64,000 bases of DNA from Camelus ferus (lineage: Eukaryota). Numbering within the stretch: position 1 is the first letter of the stretch; each line of letters starts with the position of its first letter. Positions 12,366 through 25,150 of this stretch are shown piece by piece. Under the pieces are notes generated by a model. The model had not been told where the DNA came from. It did not search any database and saw only the letters and a list, made by a program, of their open reading frames with translations. The position numbers and the translations under genes were made by a program. The stretch lies in contig NC_045696.1 of the NCBI RefSeq assembly GCF_009834535.1, positions 13,766,001-13,830,000 of the forward strand. Direction: 5' to 3'.

Positions 12366-13126
12366 TCATTAAGAAATGCACCAATCCCTTGAGATGTGAA
12401 AGCTGGACCTTGTACTGGCAATTCTGAAACTCTTAGGAAGAGCTGCTGTGACTAAGGTACAAAATAAAATCTCTCCCGAAGAATCTGTTAGGACTGTCAA
12501 AATGCCAACGTGAAAAGAGAGAAGGGGACTGATAGATTGCTCATACCTGAGAAACCACATTCTTTGGGTTGATTTAATTTGTCTACAACTTCAAAGCTAG
12601 CTCGACTGGGGTGAAATCAGGCAACAGATCCTGCCAAAGGACAAAACACAGCTAACGTAATTAACTATACAACATTGTCCTCCCCCACGGCACCAAACAC
12701 ATATTGTTTTCTTTTGAGCCAGGGAGACTGTTTATTGGTATTTTCCTGATGATCTTGATTTCTAAGAAAAAAAAAATTTGCAAAAACGAAAAAGAATCCA
12801 TGTGATTTTCTTCTGGACTTTTCTTATGGATTCTTACGTAGCAAGATTTCACATTAGCAACTAAATGATGAGATGATTTACAGATTGCTAGTTTATTCTG
12901 TGGCTGCTCTGTCTTCTTAGACTGAAGCAACTAGAATTCGGCAGATGGTACAAGAGTCCCAGGTCTATACAAATGGCTGATGTTTCTAAACAAAAATGTA
13001 CAGGGCAGTGTGACTATATGCTCATTGAATAGAATGATATCAGGTGTCAACTAAACTTGGCTTTACTACCATGTCTGCAGGACAAAGCAGAAGCCCCTAA
13101 ATATAATACAGTTTTAACTCTTTTCA

Positions 13127-13434
13127 TTTTTTTTTTATTGAAATATAGTCAGTTTCAAATGTGTCAATTTCTGGTGTACAGCATAATAATTCAGTCATAC
13201 ATATACATACATATATTGGTTTTCATAATCTTTCTCATTGTAGGTTACTACATGATATAAATATAGTTGCCTGTGCTATACAGTATAAACTTACTGTTTA
13301 TCTATTTTATATATAATAGTGAGTATCTGCAAACCTCGAATTCTTAATTTATCCCTTCCTACCACCTCCCCTTCCCTCTCCCCACTCCCCCAGTAACCAT
13401 AAGTTTGTTTTCTATGTCTATGAGTCTGTTTCTG
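13127..13434 (-). mobile_element. L1 3'-end fragment (artiodactyl-type 3'UTR)
   Basis: Poly(T) followed by 'attgaaatatagtcagttt...tgtgctatacag...gtaaccataagtttgttttctatgtctatgagtctg', the reverse complement of an L1 3'UTR. Confidence 0.85.
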
Positions 13435-15649
13435 ACAATGACAACAAAGATGTTAAAAATAACATACACATTGATTTGGGAAAACTCCACTAGCTACTTC
13501 CTTCTGGAGAGCACCTGAATGCACTGTCCTGTCTTTACAAACTTCAAACTGTCCTGTAATATTCTTTCATCTTTGCATCATAAAAATGACTTTTTAAAAA
13601 AATTTTATTTCTTCTCTGCTTCCTTATAGTACTTTAAATTTGAATATGGAAGAAAGTTTCCTGCTCACTTATTAAACTTTAAAAATTTAATGGTCCAAAA
13701 GATCTGAGCGGTTTATAGAGATTAAAAAAACAGTACCTTTAAGAAGAGGAAGATGCCAAAGTAAACAGTCTTCTGAAAAAAAAAAAAAATAGGAATGTCT
13801 ATAGGCCAAGTTGTTATTTTAGTAGACTGCATATGTTGAAATTCAGAAAAATTAAAAATTTATATTTACAGTAATTTCCCTCATTTGTTGGCCTGTTAAG
13901 GATGAATCTACAGCCTGTCCCTTATGCTGGCAGAAAATAATCTAGCATTTTCTCCTTCAGGCTGTAACTGATATGTTACAGATTTGTGGAGGAAGGGAAA
14001 TAAGATAACCTTGGAAAAGTAATCTGCAATCTATAAAAGGAGAGTTGAAATCAAAACAGCAGATTATTATTATCTTGAATTGCCAACCCGGGAAAAGGGA
14101 ATGATTTGACAGAGTTGGAAAATGAAAAAAAGAAATGACATAACTGGTGAGATATTGGCAAGCTAAAAAAAGAAAAAAAATATATACACACACACACATA
14201 TATGTACATATATGTATATGTATGTGCAGGGAAGCCAATTGAAATTTCTTTTCTAAATTTATATGCAACATATTTTTTAGGAGCTCTGTTTGAACATGAC
14301 AGAATATCCACATAAAAACAGGGAAACTTAAAACGGAGATAGATGCCTCTGTGTTTGAAAGCCTCCGTCCTGCATAGGAGACGACTGATGTACTTGCTGG
14401 CTCCCTGCACTCTCAAACCTCTCTTACCTGAAGCATTAAGCTTTAACAGGACCTTATTCCACACAAACATGTTTTCCCCATTTCAAAAATACTAGTACTT
14501 TACTCCTGAAATTTTCCTAGCCAAAAGATTAAGATCAGAATGAGAAAGCAATCTTAGGTTTGCATTGGAATAATTATATAGTTAGCTGCCCTCACAGGAA
14601 CCAGGCCAGGGCATCCAGGTAGGTTTCTTATCACAGGGCAATCAGTTAACCCCACAGCATTCTGAAAAAACTGTGCCCTAAAGGTCACACAGGAAATTGA
14701 GAAAGACAGGGAAAAATGTTAATACCAGTTTGCTAGGGACAGAAAGCCCTAAATTCACAGATTAAAGAGTCAAACTCCCTGTTTACCTACTTTTCCATAA
14801 CACTGTGTCCCTGAGATGATAAACTTGCCTGCAAAATCTGGATAGCAGCATTGCTTAGAAAATGAGCAGATTATCACATTTTTACCATTCTTTAATTCAG
14901 AACTACAGAGCAACCTGCACAGACCATTCTATCATTTGTATTTCCATTCCTATGGAAGAAACAACATATTACCAAGAACCCAAGAGAGCAAAGATGTTCA
15001 TGTTGACCCACTGTGCTCCCTTTTGCTCTCTGAAGATCTCTCTTTTGTCTACACTATAGGAAGCATGATTTAAGCTTAGGAATTAAATTAACTAAATTAA
15101 ATTTACTCCTGACAACCACAGAACACATGCAAATGCTTCCTCTTTATAAACCCAATGTCACCATCAGACTGCCCTTGTTTTTATCATCCTTAACTCTCAC
15201 AGCAATTAATCCTTAATCGACAACTCTTTAGTCTGGAGCTCCTATTCATTCTCATCACGACTCAAAATAATCTTTGTTTCTGTCAGTCAAGCAGTTGCCA
15301 GTTCCTACGGTTTTCTGGATTTGTTTTTGTACTTATTTTTCTCTGTTGTGATTGACCGTTTCCAACTTGTATTTTTTTTTCCACTGTCAAATAACTGTAC
15401 TTGGCTGACCATCTTGTCCTGAGAAAACAAATGCACATGTCAATAGGTCTCTTTGTTTGTTGTCCCCCAAACCATCTTGTGCATGGCCACATGTTCGTGA
15501 ACTACCATCCTGTTTGTCCCTCGTGATGGCTAGCTTTCATCTCCTCTATTCTCAAAGTTATTTATCCATAAGGAGTCCTCCATATTCGCCACCTCTCTGT
15601 GGTTTGCTCTGCTTAAAAATTAACTCCTGCCTGTGTGGTAATTGTTGAG

Positions 15650-16584
15650 TGTCCTAGTTCAGGCTGCTTTAACAAAGTACAATAGACTGGGTGGCTTAAA
15701 CAACAGAAATTAGTTTTTCAGAGTTCTGGAGCCTGGGGAGTCTGAGAACAGGGGCCAGAGGGCGGGGCTGTGGTGAGAGCCCTCTCTGTGGGCTGCAGAT
15801 GGCCGCCTTCTTGCTGGCCCCCCCCCCCCGGCAGAGAGAGTGAGCGAGCTCTAGTCTCCTTCTCATCCTATAAGGGCCCTAGTCCTGTTACCCCAAAAGG
15901 GAAAGGGAAAAAACCTCAGTCCTTGTCTTACCCAAGAGGTAAGATTATAGACTAGAGATGGAGAGTGTTGTATAGGAAAAGATTTTAAAGGATTTATTTA
16001 GGAAAAGAAAAGTACTCCTCCAGGAATGGGAGGTGGGCCGATCCAAGGGGGAAAAGCAGAGGTCTTTGTCTCCCTTTTCTCTGATACTCTTGCGTAGAGA
16101 TGGTGTTTTGATTGATTGATGGCTCTTGCTCCTGGAATGCTTAGTCATGTTTGTCCCCTTTGTGCATGTCCTTACTCATGGTGTACACAGAAAAACCCAT
16201 GGTGGGGGGCGGGGTGCTAAACCGCAGGGTTAATTATATTACAATGGGCATTGGGTCACGTCCAGTTAAGTCCTTCTCACTACCGTGCAGTTGCAGCTTT
16301 TGGGTTCTAAGTAGTTTCTTGCTGGCACTCATTGAGAAGAAGTCCCTTTAAGCTGGAGGAGGCATAACACCATCTTCTGGACCACCCTTTTTTCTCCACG
16401 TATCTTCCCTGTGCCCCTACTTACCTACCTACCGAACAGTCCCACAATATGATGAGGGCTCTACTCTCATGACCTCATCTTAACCTAATTACCTCCCATA
16501 AGCGCCACCACCAAATACCGTCACACTGAGGATTAGGGATCAAGATATGAATTTTAGGGAGACACGAACCTGCAATCCCTAACA
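15650..16584 (-). mobile_element. MaLR LTR (MLT1A-like) split by a nested ERV LTR
   Basis: First half 'tgtcctagttcaggctgctttaacaaagtacaatagactgggtggcttaaacaacagaaatt'. Second half 'ctcatgacctcatcttaacctaattacctccca...atatgaattttagggagacac...taaca'. Confidence 0.85.
15886..16438 (-). mobile_element. ERV1-class solo LTR nested in MLT1A
   Basis: TGTTA...GAACA termini and a perfect 4-bp TSD GTCC (15882-15885 / 16439-16442), the size typical of class I ERVs. Internal TTTATT gives AATAAA on the minus strand. Confidence 0.85.
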
Positions 16585-17158
16585 TTTAACATCTAACATC
16601 TAAGCTACTAACAAATCCAAGCAACTAAGTTCGGATAATTCTGAAAGTTCTTTTCTTATTGCCTCAGGAGTTCTCTTTCCTCCAAAAAAAAAAAAAAAAA
16701 AAGTGAACATCAATAAAAAACAGATAATGGTAATAATGATTATTAAAATGTTTTTTTAATCTTTCTTCTACTTCTCATTACATTTAAAAAAAATGAAATC
16801 TGAGTTGCAGTGAATTCCAACATATTTGGGAGACATATCTGTGTGGTTTACTGAGTGTAAAAACTGGAAATTCAGGGAAATATATATATATTTGTTTTAA
16901 ATTAAGCATATATATATATTTTTAAAGTAAGCAATATACTCTGGGGTTTTTTTCTCCAAATTAATGAGTGATTTTTATGGACAGAATTGACCTGAACCAC
17001 CCTGCCTCTAATGATCTGGGCAAATTTTTTTAAAAAGAGCTGAAATTTGCTGGTGATAGTAATAGTTACAGAGTATTAAGGGTCCCTATGTCAGAGGTTC
17101 CTTATATTTAGAAACTACATGCACATGCACTACACCTTATGTTTAGAACATCCCTGCA

Positions 17159-17245
17159 GGGTAGGAATAGCTCAGTGGTAGAGTGCACGGTTAGCATGCA
17201 TGAGGTCCTGGGTTCAATCCCCAGTACCTCCTTTAAAAAAAAAAA
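17159..17245 (+). mobile_element. tRNA-Ala-derived SINE (Vic-1-like), short form, in a MIR
   Basis: A box TAGCTCAGTGG, B box GGTTCAATCC, 'cccagtacctcc' and poly(A). Imperfect TSD gtt(t)a(g/a)aacatcc. Confidence 0.85.
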
Positions 17246-18646
17246 GCCAGTTAAAACATCCATATAAAGTAAAGGTTATTAGTCCTTTTATAATTAAATA
17301 AATTAAGACTCAACAGAGACTGTGCCTTTTCTAAGGTCACACAGCCTTTGCTTGATGAATTCACAGAAATAGAACCCAGATTTAGACCTAAATTTCATGA
17401 TTTTTTCCTATATTGTCTACTATCTCCCAAAGGAAACTAGAGAAAGGGAATCTCTTATATTAACACATATGGTCAAAGTTAATGAAAAAAAAAATTTATT
17501 CAATGCATTTTTTTTCTCACATCACATTATTGAAAACTTTTTGCATGACCAAGCTCTGTGATTTTTTTTTCAAGTATCTAATTCATTGATTTTTGAAGTA
17601 TATTTCTTTTGATACTCTATTCAGAGAAATTTCTCCTGGGAAAAATCACACCACACTTAACTCCTTATTTAGAGTTTCAGAGAGGCCCCCTACTCTGAAG
17701 GCATTATTGGCCACCTTTTTCTTATCCGCCCCCATTCTTGTCTCCAATTTGGTGGTTTCTTAATTACAGACTAGGTCATGGTACTTAATGATCTAACCAA
17801 CATTGAGCACGTATTTGGCTAAAATAAGAAACAATTTCAGTGCAATGAGGTGAATCGTTTTGTTTCAGTTCCCTCAACTTAATGTAATACAGGAAAAATT
17901 TCCTTTGTGTTTTACAGGACTTATTAGTAATCAACAGAGGTATGATATGATAATTACTTTTATTAGTCCACTAGAATTGTTCTTTTCAGTGACTCAGTAA
18001 CTACTTTTCTATCTTTGACAAAGAGCCAGAAGAAAAAACTTTTTTAAGTTGCATAAAACTGCATTCCACATGGTTATTTTTAGAACTGCTTGAAAAACAA
18101 TTTTTTAATTCATCTTTTCGTTTCATGTAGTAATTCTTTCTACTGAAATGTAAAAAATGATGTGCATCTTTGAATGAGGAGAACAAAGGGATCATGACAG
18201 AATTTAGACACAGTCATCATCTCCCTTAAAAGGAGACACTAATTTCTGGCCAGGTGGAGACGTCAGAAATGCTAACAGCCCATAAGAAATAGGGCCAAAA
18301 AGAAAGCAAAGCATTTCTCATAATTTTATTTTGACTCCTCACATCAAGTTCAAATCAGGTTAACTACAAAAAGGAAGAGAAAAGGAAAAAGCATGTAAGC
18401 TAATACCTTCAATATGATTACATATGCTTAATATATTTTAAGAAATGTTACATAATACTATCATGCTAATTATATGAACTATTCAATAGATATGCAATTA
18501 TATTAACAATTAAGATTATTAAATACTATAATTAATTCATTAGTTATATGATTTGATCCTCCATACCACCTTATTAGAACAGTACTATTACTATATCAGT
18601 TTTACGAAGGGAATTCAGACTTAGGAGGTTTAAATTAATGGCCCAA

Positions 18647-18818
18647 GGAGGTAGAGTATAGCTCCTGTGGTAGAGCACATGCTTAGCATCCACAGAGTTC
18701 TGGGTTCAATCCCCAGGACCTCCTCCAAAAATAAATAAATAAATAATCCTAATTACCTCCCCCCTAAAAAATAATAAAATAATTTTTTAATTAAAAAAAT
18801 TAAAATAAATAAATAAAC
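18647..18818 (+). mobile_element. tRNA-Ala-derived SINE (Vic-1-like) in a MIR
   Basis: tRNA-like head, tail 'aataaataaataatcctaattacctccccc' and an A-rich end. TSD ttaaat(t/g)aatggcc at ~18630 and ~18819. Confidence 0.85.
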
Positions 18819-21800
18819 TTAAATGAATGGCCAAAATCTCACAACTAACTGAAGGCCATTGTAGGAACTCAACTGTCAGATACCTGAGGCCATGCTCTTG
18901 AATCACTATGTCATTACAGACCTGGCTGTAAACCCAACTCATTGCTTGCATGCTTTTATAGCTTTATCTCCTGCTGTCCTCTGGAACAATGCTCTGCACA
19001 TGGTGAGTTTTCAGTTTTGAGCAGGATGAAGAGAAAGAAGGTGTCTCCATTTCCTACAGCAAAAGCTATTGTTCAATGTGAGAAAAAATGAAGATTTATG
19101 AGCAAAAAGGCCACATCCATGGAAAACACACATACACACATGTCCTTAGGCGCAAAGAGTATGTACGGGAGCACGAGAAATGACTTTCTCTTGGTTGGAG
19201 TTAACAGGACAGGGAAAAGTAATTAACCAAGCAAATAGAGTTAAGCCATGTTACTGATTAATTTACAAAACAATTAACTTTCCACTTAAAATTCAAATTA
19301 AGATTCTGTCTGCCTTAGGCAACCAGTGTTTACAAATTTTAATAGGGTTAGACATAAAGTGCCTTACTTAAAACCATCTTCAGATCACACTGGGTAAGAA
19401 TATTACTGGAGCACGCCATGCACAGCATTGTCAGTTTTTAGTTATTAAAAAAAAAAGAGAGAAAATATTGCAACATATTACAACATGCTGGACTTCCTAA
19501 TATGTTTTTTGATGAGAAAATGAGGAAGATTAGAAGTTGTACAATTCCGATCTCCAATAATCAGAGAGAGTTTGTAATTTTTGCAACATTATCAAAATGA
19601 TGACTCATCAAATATCTTCTGAACATTTCCAACATTTCCAACCACCCAACAAGTATACTATGTGCAAGGCACTGTGATTGACTCCAAGGGTCCAGAAATA
19701 AGTCATAGTCTCTGCTTTTTATGATTTTATGTATGCGGAGCACTGAGGGGGCAGTGGAAAAAAGAACTATTGGGTCAATTACCTTTGTTACAATAAATTA
19801 AGTCTTTAAAGGTAAGAATAAAAACAATGTTCTGTTCATGATGATACAGATTTAAAAATACCAGATTTGTCTGTTCCAGAATGATAAACAAAAGCCCATC
19901 CCTGCATCCTGTAGACAAAGGTCCATTGCAGGGAATTACAGGATGAGCACTACCAAATGTTGCTTTTGAGGACCTGTTGATAGGGCAGCTGTGTGTTTTT
20001 CTGGTCCTATGGTGCTACTGCACCACTGCAGACTCTGGCCTCCTCCAGAGCAGGACTTGCCCTGCTCTACATTACTGATCTTCACCCAACACTCAGACCG
20101 AAGAAGACACTGGACAATCGGGTGCTGAATTGGGTCAGGGTCAGGAGTGTGGTGCTGATCTGGCCAGTAGATCTCACTTTGTTCATGGTAAGACTCTGTA
20201 CCAATGATCCAAACCATTATTTTTACTTCAAGAAAGCTCACCAGTAACTACAAAAGCAGATGAAGAAAACAGCTCATCTTCACTCTATAAAAAAGCAACT
20301 CCAAGATATTTGGAGCCTTTAAATGAAATCAAAAACCCATGATAAACACCTCCAGGAAACTGTAAACATTCAACAGAGGCAAGTCAGATGTCCTTGTGGT
20401 TACACAACTTCCTGGCTCATTCACCCTGCGATTTCTTGCTCTTATCTCCCCTTCTCTCTGACCCTTGCTCCTGAAATCCTTCCTTAGGATTCCTGCTAGG
20501 AGGACTTGTGTGTGACAGTTGGACTGGCTTCTTGGATGTCTTTCTCAGGTGTACTTTCAGCTAGTCCTCTGGTCTCTCACACTCTTCAATATTCTCTCTC
20601 TTTCCTTTGTTACTGAACTGGTGGGTCCCACCCTGCCAGGCTTCATTCCAGGTCAAGAGCTTGGAACAGGGAAGAGGATCTTTGTACACGGGAACAGGAT
20701 GGAGAATTAGACCCAGAGTAGGTCTGAGTGATCATCTACACTCCTCATTCTATAGATGAGAGAACCAAAAATCTGTGAAGATGGGAGCCCACTCTGTTCT
20801 ATCCATTCTTGTAGCAAAGTGCCTGACACACAGAACATTTTATTAAGTTTTGATACACTCAATATTTATTTAATATCACACAAATAGTGCTGAAATCTCT
20901 ATGCCCCAGTTCTTGATATCTCCTTGATGACTCTGGGTAACTAGGACACTGGAGCCAAGAAAACTGTATGTATGTGTTTTTTTTTATTGTTTTTTTTTTT
21001 TTCCCAATAGAATGTAAATGTTATGGGCAAGGTGACTTTGGTCTTGTCCATTAATCTCATCTCCAACCAATAGACGTTACTTGGTTCATAGTAAAAGCTA
21101 AATTCTGGAGAGATAAATGAATACATAAATCAATAGTATAATTTAAGAAAATAAAAAACTAAGCACAGAATTTTGTTAATCCCTTCCACATCAATTACAT
21201 AACTTTGTGAGACTTTTCAGGTCAATATCTAAGCAGAGAAGAATCTAAAATATTACTTAGGTTTGGCTCTAATTGCCTCCAAATACGCACTTAGCTATAC
21301 CCTCTAAGAGGTGAAATTAGCATCCCAGTGGGCCCAGGTAGTTCGTCTCAGCTTTCAAGTTTCTTAAGTATTCTCAGCAAATAGACTTCCACTGTCTTAT
21401 TTGTTCTACTTCCCTCTCTCTTCTAAGTCCCCATTTTTTCTAGTGCTTACTATTATTAATCTAAAACTCATCCAATTATCTTGGCAAATATTGGTGGACT
21501 GGGAGTCTAGGTTACCATTTCTGTTAAATATGTAATTTTAATATACTAGGGAATTAGCAATTATTATTCTCTACAGATACTAACAATAATAGAAAAAAAG
21601 ATACAATATAGAATATTAAGAAATTAATAAATATAATGCACTTACATATATTTTTTAATTTTAGAAAGAGCTTGTCTGTATCTTTCATACATTTTCTCAT
21701 TGGAAAAAGTAAAATTTACTCCCCTTGCTACTGTTTAGAAGTTGTTCTGATGTCTTTGGGAACTTTTTACTTTTCTTTGCCCACCTCCAAAGTGGAATTC

Positions 21801-24800
21801 TTAGGAGTTAATGCTGTTGCAGGAAGGGGTTTCATTTAGAAGGCATGTTAAGCTACTTAAATGCTAGTCTCAGTTGCATCAGCCTGCCTTTATCAAGTTG
21901 CCCTGTGATTTACCTGAACTCAGAAGGGAAAGGAAAAGAACTTCCACTACAAATGAGTGAATGGTAAGTCCATCGGCGAGCTGTTATTGAAGACTTCTTT
22001 GGCTTCCAATGAGCAGACTAACCTAGCTGAAAAACCTGAAACAATGATTTGTTTGAAAATAATCAGAAACTGTGAGTGTATGCTTCCCTTCCCTTTCAAT
22101 CAAATTTTATTTCAAATTTTATGCTATTTTTAGAATTAGCAAAGTAGAAAAAAAAATTTATTTCCGTATGCTTTCGGTATCTCAGATTGTGGGCGGTCGC
22201 TCTCCTGGGGACAGTAACACAGATGTGTGTATATGTGTAAGAATGGAGTCCTAAAGGAATGACTTCCAGATTCTGTAGATTCTGTGTTGGTTGAATTCTG
22301 TACATGAGACTATCTCCATGTAAAACAAAAAGTAAAGCACAGCTTTGCATGCAACTTTTAGCTAAATATAAATATGGTTCTTACTGTTCCCTTGAGATTC
22401 ATAATCCATTTAAATAACATGTATTGATCTTCTAGTGCTTGCTAGAAACATCACATATCCTATCGTAATTGAATTAGGTTATTCTTTAATTTGGAGATGG
22501 AAAAATCCCCTTTGGCACAGATTCTGACATTAAAGAAAAAAAAAAAATCCCTGCTGGCACAATTTTAACAAAGAAAGGGACGTTCTCCTCACAGAGCAAT
22601 TCACAGCTGACTCTCTGAAGCTGTGATGGGGCCACCCAGAGCAGAACAGGTTAGACTTAGAGTGTTAGACTTACACAGTGAATAGACTTATGCTTACAGC
22701 AAATAGACTAGAAGAATCGGCAGCAGCCCGTCTGAATGCTGACACCCCCACGCTCTGTTCTCGTAGACCATTGTCTTCACTTTACATCTGAACACGCGTC
22801 ACTCATCTACATATTTGTTATGTTCTGTGTCCACACTCTATCACCCTGGACTCTAGGCTTGAAATCCCAATTATAATGATCCCTTTGTGTCAGGCTCTGG
22901 TCACTACAGAAAATGGAAAATCAATCAACAAAGTGCAATTCTACAAAACCTCTCAAGTCCGTTTTCCATCTAATGAGAAAATTCCCTGCTGTAAACAGTC
23001 CCAGTAATTAACAACTTGACTCAAATGTCGTTTCAAGCCCTTCATTTGTTTATCCCTTCATTAATTCATCAAATGTTGATTACCCAGTGACAACAGGACA
23101 TGCATTGTTCTAAGCACTGAAGATTAACTATGGAGAAAGTACAGTCCCTGCCTCAGGGAGCTTATGGGCTAATTAGGAGAGAGCAGTTGCTGCAACCATG
23201 ATTCCCGTTTGGAACCACTCTTCCATTTGATTTTAAAATCATAGGATTTATGACAAGGTGTCCCAAACACAAATGCCTGCAGGGATCAGGGTGGAGACAG
23301 GGAAAAAAAAATGGAGCAGGGCAGGTGAGGACAGTGCATACTCCATTAACGTAGCAAAAGCTACCCAAATTCAGCTGATGTTTATCACATGGAAGTGCAC
23401 CCTTGTGTTATTAGAACTTCCCTTTCTTAACAAGAACTCAGAAATCTTTTTTTTTTTAATGAAATTGTCTAATTTTTTAACAGTGCCAACAGTGTGATTG
23501 TTGGAAAAAACATGTGGAACAAATTCAGTACAAGGTTTGCCAGTTTCTAACCACTTGTCAAGACCCAATAATCTACGGGTATCAATTGCTGTCAGGAAAG
23601 CCTCTTACTTGAGTGGTCACTGACCCCACCCATGTTTCAGTTTCTTCGTCAACACGGGCAGAGCAGACTCCGCTGGCTGCCTCCAAGGAATGTTTCAGAA
23701 TTAATAGCCCCGTGAAAGACTTAGATCTCCTTCGATAAAGGTATTGTACAAATAAACATTATGATCACTAATATAATGTTTCACCCTGAAGAGTTGCACT
23801 ATTTGTCCCAAACTAGGATAATTCGGTCCTGCACGTTGCACAAACAGAGGAGAGGACAAAGTGGTTAGAGTTATTTAATACCAAATTCTAGATTTTTCCC
23901 TTAAATGACACACTTGCAATTTTTTTTTTTAATTTGTAAACTACCTAGAGTGGTTTAAAAGGCTCCCAAGGAAACTATACACCTGCTTTCAGAATGAGTC
24001 TTCATTTTAAAAGGTAACCTCAATAGTTTATGAGATGCCTGGATTATTTTTTTCCCATATGAAAGTAATGATGGGAATTTAAAATGCTGCTAAAATGTAA
24101 GAAAATAAGGTTGACTGGTACATGCCCCGATTCTCTTAGGGAACTCGACATGCCCAGTGTTTCCATTCCCGAAATGGCACTGATTCGCCTGGTAGAGAGA
24201 GAAAAGTGGAGGAGAACCCCTCTGCCCATCTTTCCTCGGCTTCACAATCCCTAAAACCAAGCAGAGAATATAGCAAAACTGGCTTCTCTAGACTCAATTC
24301 TTCCCTAACAGAAATTCTGTTTTGGTAACACTGTTGTTCAGACGAAACCTGTATTTACCTCTGCTGGTGTATTGCATGCTTTGTGTTGATTCTCTGGTTC
24401 TACCGGTGCTTCAGAGGCAGAGGCTAATGTCACGTGCTGGTTAGGCTGGAAGCTTGAGACATGCTCATCACTCGGGTTCATCTTCGTTGTGCTCCTTTGA
24501 ATACTGCACAGCAGCCATGACAGGGACATACTCCAAAGAGATCCAGACTGCCTAGGGTTGAATAGGAAAAAGTTAGCACCTGCTGGATAAATAATGCAAT
24601 CCAGTCAGATTCACCACCCAGTGATCTTTTTTGAAAAGTGTTCTCTCAATTGTTAGGTATGAGGGCAATAAATTAATCCATATCTCCTTTTCCCCAAGAA
24701 ATGTCGATGAACAGGTTTAGGTAAAATCTGGCTAACTGCATAGCTGGCTTCAAGGGGTTGCTGGGGCCTCTGCCTTAATAAAACAACTTTGTCCATCACT

Positions 24801-25066
24801 CAGGTTATACCATAAGTATAACTAGAAGATGTTGGCTCTCAGGCCAGACAAATACAGGCTTCTAAAGAGCACTGTGTAGCATTACTCTCCGGAATATGTT
24901 AAGTTGAGAAATAAAGGCTTTTCCCCAAGCTCAAGAAATTCTAAGCCCTGGGAAGATATTGTCCCTGTAAGAACATATATACTATATAGTTACTTTCAAC
25001 TTATGATAAAATGATTTTAGATATTAATCGCCCATCTAAAAAAAAATAATACCTTTGCTAGATACA

Positions 25067-25150
25067 GAAAGAAAGGAAGGAAGGAAGGAAGGAAAGAAAA
25101 AAAAAAGAAAGAAAGGGAGAAGGAAAGTAAAGAAAGAAAAAGACAAAGAA
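25067..25150. repeat. (GAAG)n/(GAAA)n purine-rich repeat
   Basis: Read directly from the sequence. Confidence 0.85.
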
